The notes under the pieces: generated by a model | The model's database searches: none | Seen by the model: the letters and a program-made list of their open reading frames with translations, nothing else | What the model was told of the DNA's origin: nothing | DNA from: Candidatus Latescibacterota bacterium | GTDB taxonomy: Bacteria; Latescibacterota; UBA2968 | Direction of reading: 5' to 3' | NCBI GenBank assembly: GCA_965207885.1 | Contig: OZ242311.1 | Location: forward strand, 1,483,456 to 1,547,455 | DNA: 64,000 nt | Made by a program: the position numbers and the translations under genes | Part shown: one piece after another, positions 1-8,845 of the stretch | How the letters are laid out: the number at the start of each line of letters is the position of its first letter | Position numbering within the stretch: the stretch's first letter is position 1

Positions 1-416
1 TGCCTGTATATCTGTCTGCACTAAGATTGAAGGACCAATACCTCATTCTTGCCAGCAACCAAAAAGGTCAAGCCGCATTGGATACCTATAAAAAACGATG
101 GGGCATTGAAGTCCTTTTTGCCAATCTTAAAAGTCGAGGATTTAATCTGGAAGAGACCCATCTTATACATCAAGACCGCATTGAGAAACTCATCGCGCTT
201 TTGGCCATTGCCTGCATCTGGGCGCATATCATCGGCGAATGGATAGCAAAAACAAATCCTTTGACGATCAAAAATCACGGGCGGATGGAGAAAAGTCTCT
301 TCCGATATGGGTTGGACTATTTGCAGTATGTCCTGCTCAATATAAACCAACAAACCCAACAGTTCCTCATATGCATTCGTTTACTGAGTAATCCGCCACT
401 GTTTAAAACAATTTAA
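1..416 (+). CDS. IS4-family DDE transposase, C-terminal fragment (5' end outside window)
   Basis: Frame is open from the window edge to TAA at 414-416. YKKRWGIEVLFANLK fits the IS4-family Y-x2-R-x3-E-x6-K signature. The ORF-track start at 27 is only the first in-frame TTG. Confidence 0.8.
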   Translation, partial: PVYLSALRLKDQYLILASNQKGQAALDTYKKRWGIEVLFANLKSRGFNLEETHLIHQDRIEKLIALLAIACIWAHIIGEWIAKTNPLTIKNHGRMEKSLFRYGLDYLQYVLLNINQQTQQFLICIRLLSNPPLFKTI

Positions 417-559
417 GTTTTGTCGTGTACCATGCTCCCAAAGTCAAGACAACGACAACCTGTCTCAAAAAAAGAGAACAAGAGTATTAACAAAAATAAG
501 AACGCCCTATTTTGCAACAAAATTCTCTAATGATCTTGCAAAAAATACCGCGTACAAAC

Positions 560-599
560 AAACTTCTGTTGAAGTTATACACCCCCCCAACAGAAGTTT
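560..599 (-). terminator. Possible terminator hairpin after the IPCT/DIPPS-like gene
   Basis: Perfect 12-bp inverted repeat AAACTTCTGTTG / CAACAGAAGTTT with a 16-nt loop, 29 nt past the stop at 628. On the minus strand it is followed by GTTTGT, which is only a weak U-tract. Confidence 0.4.
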
Positions 600-627
600 A
601 TCTCAATTCAAACAGGATTTGCATCAA

Positions 628-2082
628 TCAATCCGCTTTCTCTCCCAGCTTCGCCTCATCCACATTCAAAGCACCACGCGCGCGCAACATCTGTCCGCCA
701 AAGCCAAAAATACCCGCCGTCAACAGCGCCGAACCAATCACGAGAAACCAGTACATACCCGCAATACTATTGGCGACAGCCAGTGTGCAAAAAAAGGCGG
801 CAAAAAAATCGCGGCGACTCACAAATTTGATCGACATACAAAAACGGTGAAACCACCCGCGTTCATTCTCGGGCACATCGCTCGAAAACGCCATATTAAA
901 ACTCACAATACTGCCGGACCCCACCAATTTCATATACAGAAAAATCAGCAATACACCCAACGCATCGAGAAAAACCATCACACCGCCCAGCAGGGGATAA
1001 AATGCCTCACCCGTATATGCGTACATCCCGGCGAGAACCGCCATAAAAAACACGAGATAGGACATATTATCCGCCAGCGTATCGACCCACTCGCCCAGGC
1101 GAGAACCCATAAATTTTAATTTGGCAATCTCGCCATCGCACCCATCTACAATAGACGCAAACTGAAACAACAGCCCGCCCAGAGCCAGATGCAAATAACT
1201 CGTACTCCCCTTAAAAACCAGCCAGGCCGATAGAAAACTCAACAACATCGTCGCAATCGACAACTGGTTTGGCGTAACAGGTGTATGCACGAGCAGGCGA
1301 GAAATGCGCGTGGAAATTTTGCGATTGAAATAGCGCGAAACAAAACCATCGCTCGGCTTGCCGAGCCTGCGAAACAGCTCCTGCTCGGCGTGGACATGCG
1401 CCTCGGGCGTATCCACATCGAGCCAAAACGCGCCATCGATATCCGCAGTGCGCATACTGCCTCTCTCAGCCAAAACGCGAATCCCTCCCGACAATGACCC
1501 CTCGCCCTCTGCAATAGACTGCTCGAGCGCGCCAAACAAAAAAGGACTGCACAGAAAAATTCCCGTATCCACCGCATTGAAATCGGCCAACTCTTTTCCA
1601 ATTTTGACCACGCGATGATTCTGCGTCATCACCTTCGTGGCATCTTCCATATCAAAAATACCATCGAGACCTGTATCGACACACAGCACAGCTTCATCCC
1701 GACCAACCGGCATACGACGCAATTTGACCAGTATCTCGGGATCAAACAGATGATCGGACATCAAAAGAATAAACGACTCATCGACATATTCCCTGGCACT
1801 CAATACCGACACCCCATTGCCGCGCGCCCATTCCTTATTTTGAACCCAGTTAATCGCCACATCCGAAAGCTGCGGATCATCGGCAAGGGCGTGCATAATC
1901 TCCTGGCACCGATACCCAACCACAACCACAAACTCCGAAATGCCCGCGCGCATAGCCGACAAAATCGTGCGCTTGAGCAATGGCACGCCAGCCAGAGGCA
2001 CGAGAGGCTTGGGCAAATCCGCCCCATAACCTCTCAACCGACTGCCCATACCGGCGGCAATAATTACAGCTTTATTCACCAT
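628..2082 (-). CDS. Bifunctional nucleotidyltransferase / CDP-alcohol phosphatidyltransferase (IPCT/DIPPS-like architecture)
   Basis: N-terminus VIIAAGMGSRL...LPKPL is a nucleotidyltransferase G-loop. The C-terminal membrane domain has DGCDGEIAK-x8-G-x3-D-x3-D, the CDP-alcohol transferase motif. Start placed at MVNKAVIIAAG (2082) rather than ORF-track 2226, which would overlap the upstream gene. Confidence 0.75.
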   Translation of the reverse strand: MVNKAVIIAAGMGSRLRGYGADLPKPLVPLAGVPLLKRTILSAMRAGISEFVVVVGYRCQEIMHALADDPQLSDVAINWVQNKEWARGNGVSVLSAREYVDESFILLMSDHLFDPEILVKLRRMPVGRDEAVLCVDTGLDGIFDMEDATKVMTQNHRVVKIGKELADFNAVDTGIFLCSPFLFGALEQSIAEGEGSLSGGIRVLAERGSMRTADIDGAFWLDVDTPEAHVHAEQELFRRLGKPSDGFVSRYFNRKISTRISRLLVHTPVTPNQLSIATMLLSFLSAWLVFKGSTSYLHLALGGLLFQFASIVDGCDGEIAKLKFMGSRLGEWVDTLADNMSYLVFFMAVLAGMYAYTGEAFYPLLGGVMVFLDALGVLLIFLYMKLVGSGSIVSFNMAFSSDVPENERGWFHRFCMSIKFVSRRDFFAAFFCTLAVANSIAGMYWFLVIGSALLTAGIFGFGGQMLRARGALNVDEAKLGEKAD

Positions 2083-2116
2083 AACTTCTACAACCTTTCT
2101 CAATATCCCAAGCAAT

Positions 2117-3433
2117 TTACAAAAGACTGCGTCCAACAGCCCGTTGTAATCGCGCCCAGGACCGGTTAAAATTGAACACTGCTTCGTAATATTTGGCGCG
2201 AATAACACCGTACTCTTTTGCAGCATCGATCATATCCGATGCATCTTCAAGCCCGGCATTAAACCCATCGCGAACCGATATAAACCACCGGCGGGTCGCC
2301 CGCCGCGCCGTGCTGGCAGCCGCCATATTTTTCTGTGCCTCGATCAACTCGCGGTAAATCTTCTCAATTTCAATTGCCACGCCTTTCTCGGCCAGTTGTT
2401 TTTGATACAACAACTTCTGATATTCCAAACTCGCTTTCCGCGCCTTCGCCGACGTAAGCCCAAATGACAGCGACTGCCGAACACCTATCACCGCCCCTGC
2501 CTGCAAAATATTGAAATCATCTCTGGCAAAAGGACTTGTCTGATCGTCGCGGTTTGGTGCGTAACCATACTTAAATTGACCCGCAATAAATATCTGGGGA
2601 TACTGCTCGCCTTTTGCCACCTGCATTAGAGATTCACGCACCTGTACGACAGCCTGTAACTGCTGCATATCCTCGCGCGCTCCCGCGCGGTTGAGATAAA
2701 ACTCAAGCGGCTCAATCTCCACATCAACCGGTGTTAAAGGACCCGCAAGAGCCAGTGAATCCCCTTCACTCAACCCCAGAAGCAGGCGCAGGGCAGACTC
2801 GGCAAGCGCTTTTGTTTTCGCCGCCTCGTGTACTTTTTCGCGCACATCAAAGGCAAACCGATCAATGCGATTCAGATCGGCATACGTAAAATCGCCTTCC
2901 TCTGCCTCCAGCTTCTCCGACACAAAATCGCGCGCCGTTTGAAAGTCACTTTGTGCCTCCAATGCCAGTGCCCACAAATCCTGCGTCAGTTGCAACCCAA
3001 AATACACCTCGGCAACCTGAAGCTCCAGATCGCCCCGCGCTTTTCGCAGCCCCGCCTGCTGAGCCGTCATCCCTGCCATAGCCGCTGCTTTGGCTCCGGA
3101 TAAATAACCGAATGTAAACAGAGGTTGCACAACCGTGGCCTCTGTACGCGTAAAAATACTCAAATGACTCAGCATGGTATTGCCAGTGAGCGCGTCACCG
3201 CGCGCCTCGGGCGAAGGACCAATAACAGACCGCAGTTCAAACTGCGGCAAAAAGCGGATGGCATTTGCTTGATCTAATTGCGCCCGCGCAATATCGACAT
3301 CAACCGCTGCTGCACGCACGCCGGGATGCACACGCATCGCCTGTGCAATACTCGCGGACAAATCATACGTTTCGGCGCGAAGAGAATGCACACAGAGAAA
3401 AATCCCAAAAAAGGACACACACAGCCTGAACAT
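2117..3433 (-). CDS. TolC-family outer membrane efflux protein
   Basis: OEP-like N-terminus (SIAQAMRVHPGVRAAAVDVDIARAQLDQANAIRFLPQFEL) and two long coiled helical repeats. Signal-peptide-like MFRLCVSFFGIFLCVHSLRA favours the start at 3433; an alternative ATG lies at 3508. Confidence 0.75.
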   Translation of the reverse strand: MFRLCVSFFGIFLCVHSLRAETYDLSASIAQAMRVHPGVRAAAVDVDIARAQLDQANAIRFLPQFELRSVIGPSPEARGDALTGNTMLSHLSIFTRTEATVVQPLFTFGYLSGAKAAAMAGMTAQQAGLRKARGDLELQVAEVYFGLQLTQDLWALALEAQSDFQTARDFVSEKLEAEEGDFTYADLNRIDRFAFDVREKVHEAAKTKALAESALRLLLGLSEGDSLALAGPLTPVDVEIEPLEFYLNRAGAREDMQQLQAVVQVRESLMQVAKGEQYPQIFIAGQFKYGYAPNRDDQTSPFARDDFNILQAGAVIGVRQSLSFGLTSAKARKASLEYQKLLYQKQLAEKGVAIEIEKIYRELIEAQKNMAAASTARRATRRWFISVRDGFNAGLEDASDMIDAAKEYGVIRAKYYEAVFNFNRSWARLQRAVGRSLL

Positions 3434-3582
3434 GTGTGAAAAAAAACCACACCTGTTGCAATTGAACAACACAACCCCCTGGACTCCGGCGAAAAACTTC
3501 AGAAACATAAAAATCTATATCTATATTAAACAAATAGTTAAAAAAAGACCATGCAAACAGGCACAAAATATCTCTCTATATA

Positions 3583-3598
3583 AGCGAAATCCGTGCCA
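3583..3598 (-). promoter_or_regulatory. Sigma-54-type (-24/-12) promoter candidate upstream of the TolC-like gene
   Basis: Minus strand reads TGGCACGGATTTCGCT against consensus TGGCACG-N4-TTGCW. GG and GC are correctly spaced with one mismatch in the -12 box. It lies 75 nt upstream of ATG 3508. Confidence 0.45.
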
Positions 3599-3611
3599 CC
3601 GTTAAATATAC

Positions 3612-3634
3612 AAAAAAACCGGACAAAAGTCCGG
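3612..3634 (-). terminator. Rho-independent terminator after the TBDR-DUF4249 operon
   Basis: Minus strand CCGGAC-TTTT-GTCCGG hairpin immediately followed by T7. Confidence 0.6.
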
Positions 3635-3675
3635 GTTAGCTATACTAACGTTTTCATCCGCAAGAAGTTCCCCTC
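3628..3675 (-). repeat. 48-bp dispersed direct repeat, copy 1
   Basis: Minus strand GAGGGGAACTTCTTGCGGATGAAAACGTTAGTATAGCTAACCCGGACT. It is 46/48 identical to 9680-9727 in the same orientation. Confidence 0.9.
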
Positions 3676-3756
3676 CTGTGCGGCGGTGTGGAAGATCTCC
3701 GGAAACCTCAGGTCGTAGCAGATCCCCACACCGAAGGTCCAGCCTTGCGGAATCAA
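3640..3756 (-). pseudogene. Relic of a carbon-nitrogen hydrolase (nitrilase-superfamily) gene: active-site segment only
   Basis: A start-less 38-codon frame reads LIPQGWTFGVGICYDLRFPEIFHTAAQEG-NFLRMKTLV*. G-x-G-ICYDLRFPE is the catalytic-Cys motif of C-N hydrolases. Homology stops where the 48-bp repeat begins, and there is no N-terminal part. Confidence 0.6.
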
Positions 3757-3820
3757 TCAGTTATAAAGGTTTCGAACTGTTGACAGAGTTGGTCGTAATG
3801 AGATGGCGTATCTGTCTTGG

Positions 3821-4687
3821 TCAGGGCCCTATATCTTCCACGATTTGCAGTTCGGCAGTATCCACTTCGCTGGCTCCGAAATATCCCAATGCATATCGCT
3901 GGGGATTGGTCAGATTCTCTATGTTGCCCCTAATTAACGCCGCAGGCGTAGGGAAGAGGGGATCTTGCCCTGTCTGCTCGAAGAGCTGGAAGTAATATTC
4001 AAAGGCCTCTTTCGATAAGGAGAGCTGTCTCACGAGAACCAACTGATCCGATTTTACCGTGGCTTCTTGGTTGGGTTCGAAACCGATGACTTTCTCTCCG
4101 TCAAAAAACTCATCCGATCCGACAAAGTTGAGCGAATTACCAGGATCGGGCTCTGCCTGCAGTACGCCGTCCGCGAATTGCTCCCACAAATAGTAATCTT
4201 CGCGACCCGGGACGTCTTGATAGTCGATCTTTACTCGAATGCCTCCGTCCTCGAACGAATTGGCCTTCTCAAATTGCTGGTAGATCGAGTCGATGGGCGA
4301 GACGGGAAGTAGTATTTCGACTGCTCGATAGGATTCGCCGTTAAGGTCAATTTCAAGGGTGTAGGTCCTGCCAACTTCTGGCCGCATGTCCCTGTTTTCG
4401 TACATGCCGGCTTGGCGCGAGGACTCAGCGAAGAGGTAGGTGGTGCCCTCATCGTCGCGTACGATCACCTCTGCTCCGCTGACCACAGGTGTGGATTCAT
4501 TGCTGAAATAGGGGGCTGTGGTAGACAATCTGATTGACTGCGCGACTTCGCGATCATCTTGGTAGCGCTCGATGCGACCTTCAACGACGAGTCGTTCTGG
4601 TCCTTCTTCTACATCGATATTGACGACTCTCTCACATCCCATGAGCACGGGAACTGACAGCCAGACGGCGATTAGTATGTTTTTCAT
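3821..4687 (-). CDS. DUF4249-like lipoprotein (TBDR partner)
   Basis: MKNILIAVWLSVPVLMGC lipobox, then ...PERLVVEGRIE. It sits 2 nt after the TBDR stop, the usual DUF4249 context. Start placed at 4687, not ORF-track 4840. Confidence 0.6.
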   Translation of the reverse strand: MKNILIAVWLSVPVLMGCERVVNIDVEEGPERLVVEGRIERYQDDREVAQSIRLSTTAPYFSNESTPVVSGAEVIVRDDEGTTYLFAESSRQAGMYENRDMRPEVGRTYTLEIDLNGESYRAVEILLPVSPIDSIYQQFEKANSFEDGGIRVKIDYQDVPGREDYYLWEQFADGVLQAEPDPGNSLNFVGSDEFFDGEKVIGFEPNQEATVKSDQLVLVRQLSLSKEAFEYYFQLFEQTGQDPLFPTPAALIRGNIENLTNPQRYALGYFGASEVDTAELQIVEDIGP

Positions 4688-4689
4688 AT

Positions 4690-7053
4690 TTAGAATTTCC
4701 GGTTGTAGGTTATGCTGGGCAGGATTCCGAAAAGGGATATTTGTACGGCTTCGGTGACAAGCTTGTCCTTCTCGTTTTGCCGCACGCTGAGTGAGGCGGA
4801 GTTGCGTCGGTTGTACACGTTGTAGATGGTAAAGGCCCAACTGTTTTCATTGGCTGTCGTGTAGGTCAGTCCCAGATCCAGGCGGTGATAGGCTGGCAGG
4901 CGAGCCCCATGGCGAGTCTCGTACTGAGGAACAATAAAATTGGCGAATTCGTAGCGGCTGGCCGGGAGGGTGGAGGGCGTACCTGTGGCAAGGACGAGAT
5001 TCGTCGATAGCGACCAGCGGGGTTTGAGCGCGTATACCGTTGTCAGGGTCAGGTCGTGTGTCTTGTCGTTGCTGGCTGGATAGTACCTCCCGTTGTTGAT
5101 GCCCGGATCGCCGTTACCTAGTCCGGGGACTTGTCGCTCGGTGCGCGACCACGTGTACCCCAACCAACCGGTTAATTGTCCGGTGCGCTTGCGCACCATC
5201 AGCTCTACGCCGTAGGAACGGCCTCCGCCCTTTAGTAGCTCGGTTTCCAGGTTGTTGTTGACGGTCAGGTCGGATCCGTCAACGTAGTCGATCTGGTTGT
5301 TCATCTTCTTATAATAGGCTTCGATCGAGGCTTCGTACGTGTTGTCCTGGAGATTTCGGAAGTAGCCGATGGCGATCTGGTCCGCTGTTTGCGGCTCAAC
5401 AAAAGGTCCGCTGGGCCTCCAGATGTCCAATGGCTGGGATGCGGTAGTATTGGAGATGAGGTGGATATACTGCCGGATGCGATTGTAGCTCACCTTGATC
5501 GAGCTGGACTCTGTCAAGGACCATCGTGCCGACGCTCGGGGCTCCAGACCAGCAAAGCTCTGTATGTTTTCCCTCTCCCCAAACGAGATGACGCTATCGA
5601 CCACGCCCGCTTCGTACCGGCCCAGGGTCTCGTTGTAGACGATGGGTTGATCATCGCGATAGGCGGGAAGGTCCTGGGCACCCTGACGTCTGAACGCCGA
5701 GAGACGCAACCCATATTGGAGGGAGATAAAGTCGGTGAGTTGATGGTCCAGGCTGAGGTACGCGCCTGGCTCTATGGCGTTCTGTTGATCCAGTTCCGTT
5801 GGCACAACAGAGGACGCTTTCCCAATGGGTTTGATGGTGCCGGGGGTAAAGCTGTAATGGATGGTACTCGCGCCGAAGTTGACCGCATTTCCTTCGCTCA
5901 GTGAGTAGGAGAAATCCGCTTTGAGCTTGTAGTTGGTTATGTGTGATAACCAATTGTGTTCCGCGCCTGCTGTGAATGTATCGCTATCGTAGCTGTACCT
6001 GCTGAATACTCCCGTGAAATTCGCGAAGAGTCGCCGGCTGAAGAGGTTCCATCGGATGGTGGCTGTGGTATTCCCCCACGCGTTGCCGAAGATGTCCGCT
6101 ACTTTGAACGCGTCTCTGCCACGATAGCCCGAGACAAAGAGCCGGTTGTTGTCGTTGATATTGTAGTTGCCTTTGAAGTTGACGTCGTAGAAGTGGGCGG
6201 TGCTCTTGTCACTGCTAAACGCGTTGTAGAAGATGTCGCCGTATGAACGGCGAGCGGCGATCACGTAGGATCCGCGACCGTTGGCGACCGGTCCTTCAAG
6301 GAGCAGCCGCCCCGAGAGGATGCCTATTCCCACTTTGCCGCGGAACTCTTTGGCATTGCCCTCCTTTTGTCGCACATCCAGCACTGAAGACAAGCGTCCC
6401 CCATATTGCGCTGGAATACCGCCTTTGTAGATCTTGATATCTTTGGTGATGTCAGCATTGAAAACTGAGAAGAAGCCGAAGAGATGAGCGGCGTTATAGA
6501 CGATGGCTTCGTCGAGTAGGACGAGATTCTGATCTGCTGCGCCACCGCGCACGTTGAAGCCCGCAGCCCCTTCGCGTACGGTCGTCACTCCCGGCAACAG
6601 TTGTATTGCTTGTACCACGTCTGCTTCGCCCAATACAGCTGGCGTGCGCTGTACTGTCTGTATGTCCAACTCGGCTGCGCTCATTTCGATCGATTCGACA
6701 TTCTTATCGGCTTGGTGTGCGCTCACAGCGATCTGCCCCAGTTCGATGACGGCTACCCCCAATTCGATGTTGAGCACTTGATCCTGATGCGGGTCTGTCG
6801 TGCGCACGATTGATTCGTAGCCGATGAGGCTAAAGCTGATTTCATGAGCTCCTGCTGGCAGTCGTAGCGAGTAATGCCCATAGGCATTCGTGATTGTACC
6901 CACCTGAAGGGTCGTTACAACGACATTGACGCCCGGTAGGGCTTCGCCGTCGGCCGCATCTTTGATTTGGCCGCTAACGGTGAGTGTCTCCTGAGCTGGG
7001 CTGTTTGTGATTGTCGTGAGCAGCAGACAAGCTGTTAGGAAGGACTTGTGCAT
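4690..7053 (-). CDS. TonB-dependent receptor with CarboxypepD_reg-like N-domain
   Basis: Signal peptide, then TVSGQIKDAADGEALPGVNVVV (CarboxypepD_reg), a plug region (LPGVTTVREGAAGFNVRGG) and a long barrel ending ...YNRKF. Confidence 0.85.
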   Translation of the reverse strand: MHKSFLTACLLLTTITNSPAQETLTVSGQIKDAADGEALPGVNVVVTTLQVGTITNAYGHYSLRLPAGAHEISFSLIGYESIVRTTDPHQDQVLNIELGVAVIELGQIAVSAHQADKNVESIEMSAAELDIQTVQRTPAVLGEADVVQAIQLLPGVTTVREGAAGFNVRGGAADQNLVLLDEAIVYNAAHLFGFFSVFNADITKDIKIYKGGIPAQYGGRLSSVLDVRQKEGNAKEFRGKVGIGILSGRLLLEGPVANGRGSYVIAARRSYGDIFYNAFSSDKSTAHFYDVNFKGNYNINDNNRLFVSGYRGRDAFKVADIFGNAWGNTTATIRWNLFSRRLFANFTGVFSRYSYDSDTFTAGAEHNWLSHITNYKLKADFSYSLSEGNAVNFGASTIHYSFTPGTIKPIGKASSVVPTELDQQNAIEPGAYLSLDHQLTDFISLQYGLRLSAFRRQGAQDLPAYRDDQPIVYNETLGRYEAGVVDSVISFGERENIQSFAGLEPRASARWSLTESSSIKVSYNRIRQYIHLISNTTASQPLDIWRPSGPFVEPQTADQIAIGYFRNLQDNTYEASIEAYYKKMNNQIDYVDGSDLTVNNNLETELLKGGGRSYGVELMVRKRTGQLTGWLGYTWSRTERQVPGLGNGDPGINNGRYYPASNDKTHDLTLTTVYALKPRWSLSTNLVLATGTPSTLPASRYEFANFIVPQYETRHGARLPAYHRLDLGLTYTTANENSWAFTIYNVYNRRNSASLSVRQNEKDKLVTEAVQISLFGILPSITYNRKF

Positions 7054-7200
7054 AGGTTCTTTCCTTTCCTGGTTAATAGTACATGTATATGCGTCAAAGC
7101 CTTCTCGGTGACCATCACAAGGATTGTGTATTGCACAGTGCAGTGGTCATCTGACGAGCGGCACAACTAATACTACGGTCCGGCTGTTAACTGAGGATTG

Positions 7201-7233
7201 CTGCTGGGTAACGAATTGTAACAAGATGTGAAC
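7201..7233. promoter_or_regulatory. Direct-repeat box (G/T)GTAAC x3 at 10-bp phase upstream of the TBDR operon
   Basis: CTGCTGGGTAACGAATTGTAACAAGATGTGAAC has hexamers at 7207, 7217 and 7227. 18/22 nt are shared with the box at 9601-9622. Confidence 0.45.
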
Positions 7234-7549
7234 GGTGTGAGCGTTGTGGACGCACGAGTATTTCGTGCTTAGGCAGTCTTTGTCTTGCCTCAAGCGAGGA
7301 TGGTAGAGGGATGCTGTTATGAGAAGCTATTTGGGGGCGCGTAGATGCGCCCTCATTGGGGGAATCTACCTATTATATAGAGGACTCGGTTCGAGAGGAA
7401 TCGGCGGACATGGTGGCCCGGCACGCCCCGGAGATTTCGCCCTGTTACGAAGTCGATGACCGCCGCTGTGGTCCCTGGATCCCACTCGATATCGACGTAT
7501 CTCCGTTCGACAACTCGGGCACCGACAAAGAGGGGGTGTGGTCACGGAT

Positions 7550-8845
7550 TCAGGGAAATGTGAGCAGGACGCATGTTCCTTTGTTCGGTTGGCTCGTAAT
7601 ATCGATCTGTCCTCCGTGTGCCTCCATGATTTTCTTGCATACGCTCATGCCCAAGCCATAGCCGCCAGTTTGTTTGGAGCGAGATTTATCCACGCGATAG
7701 AAGGGCTCGAAGATGCGGGGGAGATCGTCTTTTGGGATGCCTGATCCGTAGTCTTGCACCTTGACAAAAATCTTCCCTTGCTCCCGGGCACAGGTGACTT
7801 CGATGGGATCTTTCGCGTTGGAGTGTCTGGTGGCATTCGAGAGGAGATTGTTGAGGACCGTTGTTACTCTTGTTGGGTCGACGCTCACTATGAGATCTTC
7901 AGGCGAGCATTGGAGGACGACGCCAGGTTTTTGGTTTTGGTAATTCTTGCACGTATCCATTAGGAGATCAAGGATATTGATCGGTTCGAGTTGGAGTCCT
8001 CCATAGGAGCTGTTTAGGCGCTCAGTTTCGAGAATTTCTGTCACCATTGCTTCCATATGCTTGATGTTTCTGTGGAGGGTTTGCTTGGTCTTGTCGTGCT
8101 TGAGAAACTCCAGAGCTACTAGCATGCGCGTTAGCGGTGAGCGTAACTCGTGACTCACGTCGAGTAGCAACTGGTCGCGGGTCTGGAGTGACTCACGGAT
8201 TTGCTGGGTCATATGGTTGAACGAGAGTGCGAGCTGGCCAAGCTCGTCGACGCTATTGGTCTTGATCTCAAAGTCGAGGTTGCCTTCCCCAATTGCCCTT
8301 ACGCCCTCATGTAGTGCTTTTATGGGTTTGAGTTGGTTGCGAAGTATGAGGTAGATGGCGAAGAAGGAGAATATGACGAGTCCAAGTGAGATGAGATCAT
8401 AGAGTTCATTTTGATATAGATCTTTGAGGAGATTGAGCTGATAGTGGCCATGGTCTGATTGCAGATCTACGAATATGCCTCCGCTTTCCTCGCTGATCAT
8501 GATCCTGACTCGATCATCCTCCTCATAGGGGATCAGGGCCTCTCTCTTCTTCACCTGCATGTCGGGGTCACTTTGCCAAATGACGCCGTTGCTTTCATAC
8601 CTGATGTCTACTTGTAGGCTGTCTGCTGTTTGTTGTAGTCGATGCGGATCGGGTTGTGGTCCAAGGTCGGCTACAATGCCTTGTGCGTGCCTCACCATGA
8701 GGCCTGATAATAGGGCTGGTAGAATACTGCTTCGTAGTTCACGGTCTTCAAGCCAGAGGAGGAGGGCTGTCATGATTGCGATGGTGAGGAAGAACAGTAG
8801 GGAGATCCTTAGAAAGAGCGACCGCTTGATATTGAAGAGTCTCAT
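7550..8845 (-). CDS. Sensor histidine kinase (TM-HAMP-HisKA-HATPase)
   Basis: H-box SHELRSPLT, N-box LLSNATRHS, G-boxes DYGSGIP and GGYGLGMS, and two N-terminal TM segments. ATGA overlap with the response regulator gene. Confidence 0.9.
   Translation of the reverse strand: MRLFNIKRSLFLRISLLFFLTIAIMTALLLWLEDRELRSSILPALLSGLMVRHAQGIVADLGPQPDPHRLQQTADSLQVDIRYESNGVIWQSDPDMQVKKREALIPYEEDDRVRIMISEESGGIFVDLQSDHGHYQLNLLKDLYQNELYDLISLGLVIFSFFAIYLILRNQLKPIKALHEGVRAIGEGNLDFEIKTNSVDELGQLALSFNHMTQQIRESLQTRDQLLLDVSHELRSPLTRMLVALEFLKHDKTKQTLHRNIKHMEAMVTEILETERLNSSYGGLQLEPINILDLLMDTCKNYQNQKPGVVLQCSPEDLIVSVDPTRVTTVLNNLLSNATRHSNAKDPIEVTCAREQGKIFVKVQDYGSGIPKDDLPRIFEPFYRVDKSRSKQTGGYGLGMSVCKKIMEAHGGQIDITSQPNKGTCVLLTFP

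Noticed and set aside
417-470. Attempt to define the right terminal inverted repeat of the IS4-family element.
   Set aside because: The left end is outside the window, so no IR pair or target-site duplication can be verified.
3678-3688. 11-nt sequence GTGCGGCGGTG beside repeat copy 1, whose reverse complement CACCGCCGCAC (9736-9746) lies beside copy 2. This could be evidence of an inversion.
   Set aside because: It is short, GC-rich and at different offsets from the repeats, and the second copy lies inside a CDS. Most likely chance.
3688-3735. Inverted repeat GGTGTGG..GATCT / AGATC..CCACACC, which looks like a structured ncRNA.
   Set aside because: It lies inside the nitrilase-family relic (coding-derived sequence) and has no U-tract or conserved flank.
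7365-7541. Protein-like minus-strand frame (...RVVERRYVDIEWDPGTTAAVIDFVTGRNLRGVPGHHVRRF...) just downstream of the kinase gene.
   Set aside because: It has no start codon after the preceding in-frame stop, and I cannot assign a family. It may be another gene relic, but that is not supportable without a search (blastx of 7350-7550 would decide).
7356-7661. 101-aa plus-strand ORF in the TBDR/kinase spacer.
   Set aside because: It overlaps the 3' end of the histidine kinase gene on the opposite strand and has no motif and no SD.
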